DNA of 64,000 nucleotides from an uncultured Dictyoglomota bacterium (GTDB lineage Bacteria; Dictyoglomota; Dictyoglomia; Dictyoglomales; Dictyoglomaceae), in assembly GCA_964654465.1 (NCBI GenBank), contig CAZZIO010000040.1, positions 96,001-160,000 of the forward strand, read 5' to 3'. How positions within the stretch are numbered: position 1 is the stretch's first letter; each line of letters starts with the position of its first letter. Below are positions 10,379 through 21,054 of this stretch, one piece after another. The notes under the pieces were generated by a model. That model made no database searches, had not been told where the DNA came from, and saw nothing but the letters and a program-made list of their open reading frames with translations. The translations under genes and the position numbers were made by a program.

Positions 10379-11593
10379 ATGAAAAGAGTAAGAATAGAGG
10401 AAGAATTAGAGATATTAACCTCTAACGTAGTTGAAATAATACCCGAAAATGGATTAGAAGAAAAGCTAAAAAAAGCAAGAGAAGAGGACAGACCTTTAAG
10501 AGTTAAACTTGGAGCAGACCCATCTGCTCCAGATCTCCATTTAGGACATGCTGTAGTGCTTAGAAAATTGAAACAATTTCAAGATCTGGGACATCAGGTC
10601 GTATTCATCATTGGTGATTTTACCGCAAGAATAGGTGACCCATCAGGAAGATCAGAAGCAAGAAAACCTTTAACACCTGAACAAGTAAAGAAAAATGCTT
10701 TAACTTATCAAGAGCAGGTTGGAAAAATTCTGGATATATCAAAAGCTGAGATAAGATACCAAGAAGAATGGTTTGGGGGAATGAAGTTAGAAGATGTTTT
10801 AGTCCTTACATCTAAATATACCCTTGCCAGAATGTTAGAAAGGGATGATTTTGCTCAAAGATTCAAAGAACAAAGACCTATATTTTTACATGAGATCATG
10901 TATCCTCTCCTTCAAGCCTATGATTCTGTAGCTATAAAAGCAGATATAGAATTGGGAGGAACTGATCAAAAATTTAATCTAATAGTAGGAAGAGAAATAC
11001 AAAGAGAGTATGGTTTAGAGCCTCAAGTAGCTATGCTTATGCCTATATTAGAGGGTTTAGACGGCAGACAGAAAATGAGCAAAAGTCTTGGAAATTATAT
11101 AGGTCTTACAGAACCTCCAAATCAGATGTATGGTAAGGTAATGTCAATACCCGATGAATTAATAATAAGATATTTTGAACTTGCCACAGAACTATCTAAG
11201 GAGGAGATCAGAGAAATAGAAAGAAAAATGAAAGAAGGAATATTAAATCCAAGAGATGCAAAAGCAAGATTAGCAAGAGAAATTGTGAAGATTTATCATG
11301 GAGAAGAAGCAAGTATAAGAGCAGAAGAAGAATTTAATAGAATATTCCGTAACAAAGAACTCCCTGAGGAAGTACAAGAAGTAATAATTAATGAACCTAA
11401 AATCTGGATAGTAAAATTATTGACCTTAGTAGGTGCAGCAAAAAGTAATAGTGAGGCAAAAAGATTAATATCTCAAGGCGCTGTAGAAATTAATGGCACA
11501 AGAATTGAAGATATAAATACAGATATAGAAATTGATAAACCCTTTATCTTGAGGGTTGGAAAACACTTTTTTAGGAGGATTAAAAGAGAGTGA
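10379..11593 (+). CDS. tyrS: Tyrosine--tRNA ligase
   Basis: GADPSAPDLHLGH, GDFTARIGDPSG, ELGGTDQ, KMSKS and a C-terminal S4 domain. Confidence 0.98.
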   Translation: MKRVRIEEELEILTSNVVEIIPENGLEEKLKKAREEDRPLRVKLGADPSAPDLHLGHAVVLRKLKQFQDLGHQVVFIIGDFTARIGDPSGRSEARKPLTPEQVKKNALTYQEQVGKILDISKAEIRYQEEWFGGMKLEDVLVLTSKYTLARMLERDDFAQRFKEQRPIFLHEIMYPLLQAYDSVAIKADIELGGTDQKFNLIVGREIQREYGLEPQVAMLMPILEGLDGRQKMSKSLGNYIGLTEPPNQMYGKVMSIPDELIIRYFELATELSKEEIREIERKMKEGILNPRDAKARLAREIVKIYHGEEASIRAEEEFNRIFRNKELPEEVQEVIINEPKIWIVKLLTLVGAAKSNSEAKRLISQGAVEINGTRIEDINTDIEIDKPFILRVGKHFFRRIKRE

Positions 11594-12438
11594 AAAGAAA
11601 AATAATCACCATAACTGTATTTTTAGGAAGCCTCGTAGTAATAACAACAGCAAAAATTATTGAAACTAATCTTTGGAATAAAAATTTGCATTTAAGACCT
11701 ATAAAAGAAATCATTATTGTTGATGGAAATAAAAGACCTATAAAAGTAAGAACAAATGCTGGTTTTGTTTGGGAAGTTTTAGAAGAAAAAAATATTAAAG
11801 TATCGAAATATGATATTGTTAGTCCACCCGCTCGTACTCCTCTTACAGCCAGAATAAAGGAAATTCGCATCACAAGGGTAAAAGAAGAAACAGTCCAAAA
11901 AATTAGAATCATAGAACCCAAGATTATCTTAAAAGTTAAAGCTGGAAATATTTATAAAGAAGAAATTCTTCAACCAGGAAAGATTGGAAAAATCCAAGAA
12001 ACATATAAAAGAAAATATATTAATGGAAAACTTGCAGAAGAAAAAAAACTATCCTCAAAAGAAATCCAAAAAATGACCCCTAAAGTAATAAATGTAATCT
12101 CTCCAGTACTCAAATATTTAAATCTAAAATCAGCAGAATATGAGGTAATAAAACCAATTACTGTAACTGCTACAGCTTATGAGCCTTGGACAGGAGGAGA
12201 TGGAAACAATATAACTGCTCTTGGATGGAAGGCCATGAAAGGAATAATAGCAGTAGACCCAAGATATATTCCCTTACGAAGTACTTTTTATATTCCTAAT
12301 TATGGATTTGCCATTGCAGGTGATACAGGGGGCTTAATAAAAGGATGGAAAGTGGACCTTTGTTATCCCACAGTTAGAGAGGTTATTAATTTTGGAAGAA
12401 GAAAAATCACTATTTATCTTTTAAAAAGAATATCTTAA
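11590..12438 (+). CDS. YabE-like G5/3D domain cell wall protein
   Basis: N-terminal hydrophobic anchor and a 3D domain (ATAY...IAVDPRYIPL...AGDTGGLIKG..VDL). Position before rsmA-ispE matches the yabE neighbourhood. GTG start. Confidence 0.82.
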   Translation: MKRKIITITVFLGSLVVITTAKIIETNLWNKNLHLRPIKEIIIVDGNKRPIKVRTNAGFVWEVLEEKNIKVSKYDIVSPPARTPLTARIKEIRITRVKEETVQKIRIIEPKIILKVKAGNIYKEEILQPGKIGKIQETYKRKYINGKLAEEKKLSSKEIQKMTPKVINVISPVLKYLNLKSAEYEVIKPITVTATAYEPWTGGDGNNITALGWKAMKGIIAVDPRYIPLRSTFYIPNYGFAIAGDTGGLIKGWKVDLCYPTVREVINFGRRKITIYLLKRIS

Positions 12439-13271
12439 TGGAATTAACCGATAAAAGCACATTATTATCACTATTAAAGAAACATAACATATTTTTAAAA
12501 AAAAGCCTTGGTCAAAATTTTTTAATAAACCCTTATGTTTTAAAAAAAATAGTAGATCAATTAGGTATAACAAAGGAAGACACTATTTTAGAGATAGGAT
12601 GCGGAGTAGGTACTCTTACTTTAGAACTTGCAAAAAGAGCAAAAGAAGTTATTGGAATTGAAGTAGATAAAAGATTTAAACCCATATTAGAGGAACTTTT
12701 AAAAGATTATAACATCAAACTTATCTTTGAGGATGTGTTAAAAGTAGATCTTAAAAAGATTATAACGCAACCCTATAAACTAACCGGAAATCTCCCCTAT
12801 TATATCTCAGGATCTTTTTTAGGAGAATACTTGAAAAAAGGACCTTATGCCCAGATAATGGTACTCATGCTTCAAAAAGAAATGTTTGAAAGAATAACTT
12901 CGAAAGCAGGCTCTAAAAAATATAGTCCTTTATCTATCCTTTTAAGTTTAAACTACAAATATGAATTAATAACAAAAGTCTCCCCTGATTCATTTTTTCC
13001 ACCACCAGAAATTGAATCAGTAGTCATAAAACTCATATATTCTCCTACACCTTATAATATTTTAGATAAGGATCTTTTTTATAACATATTAAGGATAGGC
13101 TTTACCCAAAGAAGAAAATATCTTATTAACAATCTACAAAGGTATTTACCTCAGATTGAATGGAAAGCTTTATTTAAAGATTTAAACATAGATTTAAAAG
13201 CAAGAGCAGAAGAGATACCACCAGAAATGTTTATCGAACTTGCTAATAAGGTGAAAAACTATGAAAATTAA
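12438..13271 (+). CDS. rsmA: 16S rRNA m6,2A dimethyltransferase
   Basis: KSLGQNFL, EIGCGVG, GNLPYYI, MLQKE and FFPPP motifs. Confidence 0.96.
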   Translation: MELTDKSTLLSLLKKHNIFLKKSLGQNFLINPYVLKKIVDQLGITKEDTILEIGCGVGTLTLELAKRAKEVIGIEVDKRFKPILEELLKDYNIKLIFEDVLKVDLKKIITQPYKLTGNLPYYISGSFLGEYLKKGPYAQIMVLMLQKEMFERITSKAGSKKYSPLSILLSLNYKYELITKVSPDSFFPPPEIESVVIKLIYSPTPYNILDKDLFYNILRIGFTQRRKYLINNLQRYLPQIEWKALFKDLNIDLKARAEEIPPEMFIELANKVKNYEN

Positions 13272-14121
13272 ACTGTTAACTTTTGCCAAGCTTACCCTTA
13301 TTCTTGATGTAATTGATAAAAGGACTGACGGATATCATAATGTTAAAATACTCCTACATAACATAAATCTGAGTGATTTTATGAGTATCAATTTAATTCC
13401 ATATCCCTATTTTATTTTAGAAACTAATCTCCATATACCCCCAAAAGAAAATTTAATATATAAGGGTTATAAAGCCTTTATAAAAGAGACAGGAATAAAA
13501 ATCGGATGCAAAATCTTTCTTCATAAAAGAATACCAAAAGAAGCAGGGCTTGGAGGTGGAAGTTCTAATGCAGCAGGTATAATATACGGATTAAATATAC
13601 TTACCAAAGCAAATCTTTCCTTAGAAGAAATGGCCAATATAGGAAAATTTTTGGGATCAGATATACCTTTCTTCTTTTATGGGGGATCCTCTGTTGCTGA
13701 GGGAAGAGGTGAAATAATTAAAAAAATTAAACATCAAAGATTAAAATTCCTTTTAATCTTTCCACCTTTTGGAATAAGCACTAAAGAGGTATACTCAAAA
13801 ATCTCTAAAGATCTATTAGGAAATCATATAGCTTTTGAACAAAAGGTTTCAGAATATACCAATGGAATCTACATTAAACCATATAATTTTTTAGAAAAAA
13901 TAACCTTTAATATGTATCCAGAACTTGCTATGATTAAGAAAGAAATAGAGAAAGTCACTGAATATGTTTCCATGACAGGATCAGGTTCAACCATTTTTGT
14001 AATGTTAAAAGATAAAGAAGAGGCAAAAAAAATCTTGGAAAGACTAAACAAATATATAGAAAAAGGGTATAAAATAAAATTGGTAGATTCAGCAGAACAA
14101 GGAATCAAAATCTTAAGATAA
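13261..14121 (+). CDS. ispE: 4-(CDP)-2-C-methyl-D-erythritol kinase
   Basis: DGYH, KRIPKEAGLGGGSSNAA (GHMP kinase), GSDIPF and MTGSGS motifs. Confidence 0.95.
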   Translation: MKIKLLTFAKLTLILDVIDKRTDGYHNVKILLHNINLSDFMSINLIPYPYFILETNLHIPPKENLIYKGYKAFIKETGIKIGCKIFLHKRIPKEAGLGGGSSNAAGIIYGLNILTKANLSLEEMANIGKFLGSDIPFFFYGGSSVAEGRGEIIKKIKHQRLKFLLIFPPFGISTKEVYSKISKDLLGNHIAFEQKVSEYTNGIYIKPYNFLEKITFNMYPELAMIKKEIEKVTEYVSMTGSGSTIFVMLKDKEEAKKILERLNKYIEKGYKIKLVDSAEQGIKILR

Positions 14122-14135
14122 AAGGAGTGTTTTAA

Positions 14136-15362
14136 ATGATAGGATTAAAAGATGTTGAGACCTCAAGGATGAGGATTTTACCCTATATCCACAAAACCCC
14201 CCTAACCTACTCCCAAAGTTTCAGTGATCTTACAGGTAAAGATATCTATTTAAAGTTTGAAAATCTTCAAAAAACAGGTTCCTTTAAAATAAGAGGAGCT
14301 ATGAACTACATATCCCAATTAAAAGACAAAAAAATAAACGGTATAGTTACCGCTTCCGCTGGAAATCATGCCCAGGGAGTGGCATATGCTGGAAAACTTT
14401 TTAACATTAAAACTATTATCGTAATGCCTGAAAATACACCACTAATTAAGATTATAACCACGAAAAGTTATGGGGCTTATGTTATTCTTCATGGGAAAAT
14501 ATATGACGAGTCTTATTCCTATGCCAAAAGTATTGCAGAAGCTGAAAAAATAGAATTTATTCCAGCCTTTGATGATGAAAAAATAATAGCAGGACAAGGA
14601 ACTATTGGTTTAGAAATTTTAGAAGATCTTGAAGATATAGACGCAGTAATAGTACCTGTTGGAGGAGGTGGCCTTTCTGCAGGCATTTGCATAGCTATAA
14701 AAGAAAAAAATCCAAAAATAAAAGTTTATGGAGTACAATCTATAGCTTTTCCTTATTTTTATGAGAAATTTAAAAATACAAAAATAGAAAATAAACCTTC
14801 TCAAACCATAGCAGAAGGGATAGCAGTCAAAAAAACTGGTGAAATTACTTATTCTATATTGGAAAAATATTTAGATGATGTCTTTGTCGTTGATGAAGAA
14901 AAAATTGCTCAAGCTATATTACTCTTTCTGGAAAGAGCAAAAACACTGGTTGAAGGAGCTGGAGCAACCACTCTTGCTGTTTTATTAGAATATGGGAATT
15001 TTATTCCTGAAAAGAAAATAGTACTCATATTAAGTGGAGGAAACATTGATGTAACCCTCCTCTCAAAAATAATCGAATACGGACTTATCGAAACTGGAAG
15101 ACTGGTACATATGATAGTAAAATTGCCTGATTTACCAGGACATCTTTCAAGAGTGATAAATGTAATATCAGAAGAAAAAGCAAATATAATAACAATTCAT
15201 CAAGATCCATCCTTACCTTTATTTCCTAAAATAGAGAGTACTGTAGAATTTACCTTAGAGACAAAAAACCCCGACCAAATTAGAAGAATTTTTGATAAAA
15301 TAAGAGGAATAGGATACGATGTTGAAATCTTAGAAAAAGGAGGTTTAAAGAAAAGTGAATGA
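14136..15362 (+). CDS. ilvA: Threonine ammonia-lyase, single C-terminal ACT form
   Basis: ENLQKTGSFKIRG (PLP lysine), SAGNHAQG, GQGT, VGGGGL and SGGN; about 80 aa ACT-like tail. Confidence 0.9.
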   Translation: MIGLKDVETSRMRILPYIHKTPLTYSQSFSDLTGKDIYLKFENLQKTGSFKIRGAMNYISQLKDKKINGIVTASAGNHAQGVAYAGKLFNIKTIIVMPENTPLIKIITTKSYGAYVILHGKIYDESYSYAKSIAEAEKIEFIPAFDDEKIIAGQGTIGLEILEDLEDIDAVIVPVGGGGLSAGICIAIKEKNPKIKVYGVQSIAFPYFYEKFKNTKIENKPSQTIAEGIAVKKTGEITYSILEKYLDDVFVVDEEKIAQAILLFLERAKTLVEGAGATTLAVLLEYGNFIPEKKIVLILSGGNIDVTLLSKIIEYGLIETGRLVHMIVKLPDLPGHLSRVINVISEEKANIITIHQDPSLPLFPKIESTVEFTLETKNPDQIRRIFDKIRGIGYDVEILEKGGLKKSE

Positions 15363-16416
15363 CTTATTACAAATGTTAAAAGAGATCACAGAAGCCAGTG
15401 GTGTTTCAGGATATGAAAAGGAAATAAGAGAGGTAGTTAAAAAATATCTTAGAGATTATGCAAGTTTAGAAGAAGATCGCTTAGGAAGTCTTATCTTTAA
15501 GAAAGAGGGACAAAACCCTTATCCCAAGGTTATGCTTGCTGCCCATATGGATGAAATTGGTTTTATGGTAAAGAGTATTACCACAAATGGATATATAAAA
15601 TTCTTACCTCTTGGTGGTTGGTGGGATCAAGTGTTACTTTCTCAAAGAGTAGTTATACATACTCAAAAAGGACCTGTTATCGGAGTAATCGGATCAAAAC
15701 CACCTCATATTCTTACAGAAGAAGAAAGAAAAAAAGTTGTAGAAAAGAAAGATATGTATATAGATGTAGGGGCTAAGAGCGAAGAAGAAGCTTTAAATAT
15801 GGGAATAAGACCAGGAGATCCTATAACTCCAAAAAGTGATTTTACTATTATGAATAATCCTGATTTGCTTATTGCAAAGGCATGGGATGATAGAGTTGGT
15901 TGTGCATTAATGATCGAAATTATTAAAGAACTAAAAAGTATAAATCATCCCAACACTGTATTCGGTGTAGCCACAGTACAAGAAGAAGTTGGTCTTAGAG
16001 GAGCAGTAACTTCTTCTTATGTAATAAATCCTGATGTTGCCATAGTCTTAGAATCGGATATAGCTACCGATATGCCAGGCACAGAAGAGGAAAAAAAGGT
16101 ATTTTTAGGAAAAGGACCTTCCATTATACTTTATGATGCTACCATGATCCCTAATATCAATCTAAGAAGAATTTTTATTGAAACTGCGGAAAAATTAAAT
16201 ATTTCAATCCAATTTTCAGCCTTAGAAAAAGGTGGTACTGATGGAGGAAGAATTCATATTCATGCTAAAGGTGTACCTTCCATAGTAATTGGTGTCCCAG
16301 CAAGATATATTCATTCCCATACAAGCATAATAAATATTCAAGATTTCCTAAATGCAAAAAGACTTATATTAGAAGTAATAAAAAGATTAGATAAAGAAAT
16401 TGTAGAAAATTTATGA
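15355..16416 (+). CDS. M42 family aminopeptidase
   Basis: AAHMDEIG, KAWDDRVG, QEEVGLRGA, GGTDG and YIHS motifs; GTG start. Confidence 0.93.
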   Translation: MNDLLQMLKEITEASGVSGYEKEIREVVKKYLRDYASLEEDRLGSLIFKKEGQNPYPKVMLAAHMDEIGFMVKSITTNGYIKFLPLGGWWDQVLLSQRVVIHTQKGPVIGVIGSKPPHILTEEERKKVVEKKDMYIDVGAKSEEEALNMGIRPGDPITPKSDFTIMNNPDLLIAKAWDDRVGCALMIEIIKELKSINHPNTVFGVATVQEEVGLRGAVTSSYVINPDVAIVLESDIATDMPGTEEEKKVFLGKGPSIILYDATMIPNINLRRIFIETAEKLNISIQFSALEKGGTDGGRIHIHAKGVPSIVIGVPARYIHSHTSIINIQDFLNAKRLILEVIKRLDKEIVENL

Positions 16417-17387
16417 GAAAAAGAGCCATATCCCTTCTATCAGGTGGATTAGATAGTATACTAGCAACATGGCTTATCCTTCAACAGGGGGTAGAAATAA
16501 TCGGAATATCTTTTTCTACCCCCTTTTTTGATACAGAAAAAGCCAAAAAAGCTGCTGAATTTCTCAATATCCCTTTGGAAATTATTGATGTGACTGATGA
16601 ATTTATACCTATATTATTAAACCCAAGATATGGTTATGGAAAAAACATGAATCCTTGTATTGACTGTCATGCTTTTATGATAAAAAAAGCAAAAGAACTA
16701 CTTAAAAAATATAATGCTGATTTCATTGTGACAGGTGAAGTTTTGGGAGAAAGACCCATGTCCCAAAATAAACAATCCTTAAAAATTGTAGAAAAATACT
16801 CTGAGGCAGAGGACATATTACTTAGACCATTATCAGCAAAAATACTTCCCCCAACAAAACCTGAAAGAGAAGGCTTAATAGATCGAAGCAAATTATTAGA
16901 TATAAAGGGCAGATCAAGAAAAATACAACTTGATCTTGCAAAAAGAATAGGATTAAAAGAAATTCCAACTCCTGCTGGTGGTTGTCTCCTCACAGAACCT
17001 AATTTCTCAAGGAGACTTAAAGATCTTATAGAACATCAAAAACTCATCTCAAAAAGAGATTTAGAACTTTTAAAATTGGGTAGACACTTTAGAATTGATG
17101 AGGTAAAAATCATTGTAGGGAGAAACAAAGAAGAAAACGAAAAATTGTTAGAATTAGCAAATCATGAAGATATAATTATAAAAGCAGAAGAACCGTCTCC
17201 CATAGTACTAATACCCCAGAAAATAGAAAATGAAATAATTTTAGAAATAGCAGGAAAAATTGCAGGATATTATAGCGATCATAGAAATAAAGAAAAGGTA
17301 ATAATAAAAATAAAACATGGAGAAAAGGAAAAAGAGTCAGAAATAGAACCATATAATAAAGAAAATTTTCCTTATAAACCTATATAG
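16413..17387 (+). CDS. ThiI/MnmA-like PP-loop tRNA thiolase candidate with DUF814-like C-terminus
   Basis: SGGLDS PP-loop at the extreme N-terminus, NPCIDCH, TGEVLGERPMSQ, PAGGCLLT, GRHFR and VGRNKEEN. Confidence 0.75.
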   Translation: MRKRAISLLSGGLDSILATWLILQQGVEIIGISFSTPFFDTEKAKKAAEFLNIPLEIIDVTDEFIPILLNPRYGYGKNMNPCIDCHAFMIKKAKELLKKYNADFIVTGEVLGERPMSQNKQSLKIVEKYSEAEDILLRPLSAKILPPTKPEREGLIDRSKLLDIKGRSRKIQLDLAKRIGLKEIPTPAGGCLLTEPNFSRRLKDLIEHQKLISKRDLELLKLGRHFRIDEVKIIVGRNKEENEKLLELANHEDIIIKAEEPSPIVLIPQKIENEIILEIAGKIAGYYSDHRNKEKVIIKIKHGEKEKESEIEPYNKENFPYKPI

Positions 17388-17390
17388 ATT

Positions 17391-19937
17391 ATGAAGGAAA
17401 AAATTCAATTGATTCTTTCTCATAACTACTTAGATTTTGATGCCTTATCCTCTCTCTATGCTGCAAAAAAACTATACCCAAAAGCCATAGCTTATACAAG
17501 CAAAAGCATGGAGAGAAAAGTTTATGAATTCTATTTATTATACAAGGATATCCTTAGGTTTCAAGAAAACTACGAGTATATTATTTCAAACAAAGACAAT
17601 ATAGAAAAGATCATATTAGTAGATAACCATTACGTAAACAGAATAGATAAAAATATTCAAGAAATATTCAAAGAAGGAAATTATATTATAGAAATTTACG
17701 ACCATCATGAAAGTGGAGACATAAAAGGAAATACTGAAATCATAGAAAGAACTGGGTCCACCACCACCATATTAGTAGAAAAACTAATAGAAAATAAAAT
17801 TCCTATAGATCCCATAGAAGCTACCATATTTCTAATTGGAATTTACCAGGATACAGGGAATTTTACCTTTGCAAATACTACTCCAAAAGATTTAAAAATA
17901 GCCAGCATTCTTTTAGAAAGAGGTGCTGATTTAAACATCATAAACTATTATTTACACGAAAAATTAACCGACGAGCAAAAAGAATTTCTTGATGAACTTT
18001 TACAGAACTCAAAAGAGGAAATTATAAGAGGTTATAAGGTTGTTATAAGCAAGTTAAAAAAGGAAAAATATATAGAAGGTCTCTCTATATTGGCTCATAA
18101 AGTTTTGGATGAAAAAGAAGGAGATATTCTTTTCATATTACTTCAAGTAAAGGAAAAAATTTATGTATTAGGAAGAACAAGACTTCCCAACATCGATCTT
18201 AGAGATATCTTGAAAGAATTTAATCCGGGAGGACATAAAAGTGCTACTACTGTAGTACTGAATAGCAATAGCATAGAGCTTGACGACCTTGAAAATTTTT
18301 TAAAAGAAAGATTACTAATTTCTTTACCTAAAGATTTTACTGCAAAAGATATAATGTCCTATCCAGTAGTCACAATAACATCAGATACAAGCATTCGTGA
18401 GGCCTTCAGAATAATGATGAAATATGGTTATGGTGGATTATGTGTTGAGGAAAATGGCAAGCTTATAGGAATTATAAGTAGAAGAGATGTAGAAAAAGCA
18501 ATAAATTTAAAACTAACAAAAAGAAAGGTCAAATCTTTTATGTCAAAACCAGTAATAACTGTCACACCTGAAACATCTATCTCTGAAATAGAAAGAATTT
18601 TAGTAGAAAAAAATATCGGAAGAGTTCCTGTAGTAGAAAATGGCAAGATAGTAGGAATTATTACAAGACAAGATATATTAAAGTTTAGATTTTTGAAATC
18701 ACAAACTTATGCACCTTTAGGAAGTATATTTCAGATCCAAGAAGAGAAAATAAAAAATTCGCCTTGGAAAGAGATTTTAGAAGAATTGAGAAATTTGACA
18801 TCACAGTATAACATTTCTATTTATGCCATTGGAGGTTTTGTAAGGGATCTTTTATTGGGAATACCTAATTACGATCTTGATCTAGTAGTAGAAGGAGATA
18901 TAAATATCGTTATATCAAAAATAATGGATAAATGGACTGGAAAAGTGAAAGTTCATGATGAATTTGGAACATCCGAAATTGTCATAGATGGAAAGAGAAT
19001 AGATATCGCTACTGCAAGAACTGAATATTATGAGGAACCTGGAAGCCTCCCAAAGGTAGAGAGAAGTTCTTTTTGGTTAGACTTAAAAAGAAGAGATTTC
19101 ACGATAAATGCTTTAGCAATGAGTTTAAATGAAGAAAATTTTGGAGAAATCATAGATCTTTATGGGGGATTAGAAGATCTTACAAGAAAAGAATTAAGAG
19201 TTCTCCATAATTTAAGTTTTATAGAAGATCCAACAAGAATTCTTAGAGGAATAAGATTAGAAGTAAGACTTTCCTTTTCCTTTGAAGAAAAAACATTTTC
19301 ATTATTGAAAGAAGCCATAGAGCATGGATTTCTTAAAAAGATTGGAAAAGAAAGATTAAGAGAAGAAATAATTCTAATCTTAAACGAAAAAGAACCAGTA
19401 AAAGTATTGAGAAGATTGGAAGAATTAAATGCTATAAACCAAATATTTCCAATTAAAAATCTTCCAAAGAATATAGAGAAAACACTTGATATTTTAAGAA
19501 AAGAGTATCCTGAAAATTATAAAATTCAAGTCTTAGATATAATTTCAAATGCCGACGAAAAAGATGGCACAATATGGTTAGAAGAATTACATTTTTCTAA
19601 AAAAACCATATATTATTTCTCTATACTGAAAAGATACATGGAAAAAGAGATACTTAATGAAAAAGACATTCTTTTCCTCTATGAACTTCCAATACACATA
19701 TTACTTCTTATTTCTGTCAATGCAAAAAGAAAAAAAGAAATTCTTAGAATAAAACTTCTAAAAGAGAAAAAAGTACCATATATAACTGGAGAAGAACTAC
19801 TTAGCCTTGGTATTAGAGGAAGAAAAATAGGAGAAACTCTAAAATTATTATTTTTGAAACATTTTAATAATGAGATAAAAGATAAACATGATGAAATAAA
19901 ACTTATAAATGAAATTATAAACCAAGCTCCTCAATAG
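17391..19937 (+). CDS. tRNA nucleotidyltransferase with DHH and CBS domains (A-adding or CCA-adding type)
   Basis: HNYLDFDA / YDHH / DTGNF DHH domain, tandem CBS pair, class II NTase motifs GGFVRD..DLD, RRDFTIN, EDPTR and ERLREE. Confidence 0.9.
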   Translation: MKEKIQLILSHNYLDFDALSSLYAAKKLYPKAIAYTSKSMERKVYEFYLLYKDILRFQENYEYIISNKDNIEKIILVDNHYVNRIDKNIQEIFKEGNYIIEIYDHHESGDIKGNTEIIERTGSTTTILVEKLIENKIPIDPIEATIFLIGIYQDTGNFTFANTTPKDLKIASILLERGADLNIINYYLHEKLTDEQKEFLDELLQNSKEEIIRGYKVVISKLKKEKYIEGLSILAHKVLDEKEGDILFILLQVKEKIYVLGRTRLPNIDLRDILKEFNPGGHKSATTVVLNSNSIELDDLENFLKERLLISLPKDFTAKDIMSYPVVTITSDTSIREAFRIMMKYGYGGLCVEENGKLIGIISRRDVEKAINLKLTKRKVKSFMSKPVITVTPETSISEIERILVEKNIGRVPVVENGKIVGIITRQDILKFRFLKSQTYAPLGSIFQIQEEKIKNSPWKEILEELRNLTSQYNISIYAIGGFVRDLLLGIPNYDLDLVVEGDINIVISKIMDKWTGKVKVHDEFGTSEIVIDGKRIDIATARTEYYEEPGSLPKVERSSFWLDLKRRDFTINALAMSLNEENFGEIIDLYGGLEDLTRKELRVLHNLSFIEDPTRILRGIRLEVRLSFSFEEKTFSLLKEAIEHGFLKKIGKERLREEIILILNEKEPVKVLRRLEELNAINQIFPIKNLPKNIEKTLDILRKEYPENYKIQVLDIISNADEKDGTIWLEELHFSKKTIYYFSILKRYMEKEILNEKDILFLYELPIHILLLISVNAKRKKEILRIKLLKEKKVPYITGEELLSLGIRGRKIGETLKLLFLKHFNNEIKDKHDEIKLINEIINQAPQ

Positions 19938-21054
19938 GATCCTTTAAAATTTCTCCATTAAATTTATAAACACTGCATAGCCTCTTTGCAGAACCAAACC
20001 CTGTTAATATTTCATAAGGAATAGTATTCGAAAGAATAGAAAGTTCTTGAGCATCTATTATTTTATCTCCTTCCTTTCCCATAATTGTTACCAAATCACC
20101 CGCTTTTATATCCTTATCCGTAACATTTACTGTAAATTGATCCATTGATATCCTTCCTACAACTTTAAAAAAATCACCTTTTATTATAACTTTAGCCTTA
20201 TTTGATAGTTCTCTTCTATATCCATCAGCATATCCTATAGGAATAAGTGCCAAAACCATATTTTTTTGTGTAATATATGTATGTCCATAACCTATTCCCC
20301 ATCCTGCAGGTACCTCTTTTATTAAAGTAACCCTCGCTTTGACTTCCATAACTGGCTTTAATTTCTTATCTCCATATCCATACAAAGAGATACCAGGTCT
20401 TACAGCTTGATAATGTAGTTCTGGAAAATTAAAAATTCCCCCTGTATTGGATACATGAAAATATATGTCATCATGATAATTTTTTAGATCATTATATATT
20501 TTCTGGCAAAGGTCCTTTTGAAATATATTATAAGGATCCTTTTTGTTTTCTGGAGTAGAAAGATGTGTAGACAAAGCCTCTAAATATAGTTCAGGATATT
20601 TACTTAATATATCCTTTATTTTATCTATATCAGTAGGAAGTATACCTTCTCTGCCCATGCCTGTATCTATAGCAAGATGAAATTTTAATCTCTTTCCTAA
20701 TTTCTTAGCGTATTTACCAAGTTCCTCTAAGAAAAACAAATCCGAAACTAATGGAATAAGATTAAATTCAAAAAAATAAGGAATAGAATAATAAAGCTGG
20801 GGAGATAAAATTAATATCTCCCCAGTTATACCTATGTTTCTTAACTCAATTCCTTCTTCTATGTGAGCAACAGCAAATTTTTTAATTCCCTCTTTTTGCA
20901 AGAATCTTGATACTACTTTTGCTCCATGCCCATAAGCATCAGCTTTAACTACAGCTATTATTTCAACTTTTTCTCCTACTTTTTCTTTTATAATCTTTAA
21001 ATTATTTAAAAGAGCAGATAAATCAATTTCTCTCCAAGCCAATTTATTTTCCAT
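19915..21054 (-). CDS. alr: Alanine racemase
   Basis: VKADAYGHG (PLP lysine), DTGMGR, VRPGISLYG, GYADG and GRISMDQ. Confidence 0.96.
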   Translation of the reverse strand: MENKLAWREIDLSALLNNLKIIKEKVGEKVEIIAVVKADAYGHGAKVVSRFLQKEGIKKFAVAHIEEGIELRNIGITGEILILSPQLYYSIPYFFEFNLIPLVSDLFFLEELGKYAKKLGKRLKFHLAIDTGMGREGILPTDIDKIKDILSKYPELYLEALSTHLSTPENKKDPYNIFQKDLCQKIYNDLKNYHDDIYFHVSNTGGIFNFPELHYQAVRPGISLYGYGDKKLKPVMEVKARVTLIKEVPAGWGIGYGHTYITQKNMVLALIPIGYADGYRRELSNKAKVIIKGDFFKVVGRISMDQFTVNVTDKDIKAGDLVTIMGKEGDKIIDAQELSILSNTIPYEILTGFGSAKRLCSVYKFNGEILKDPIEELGL

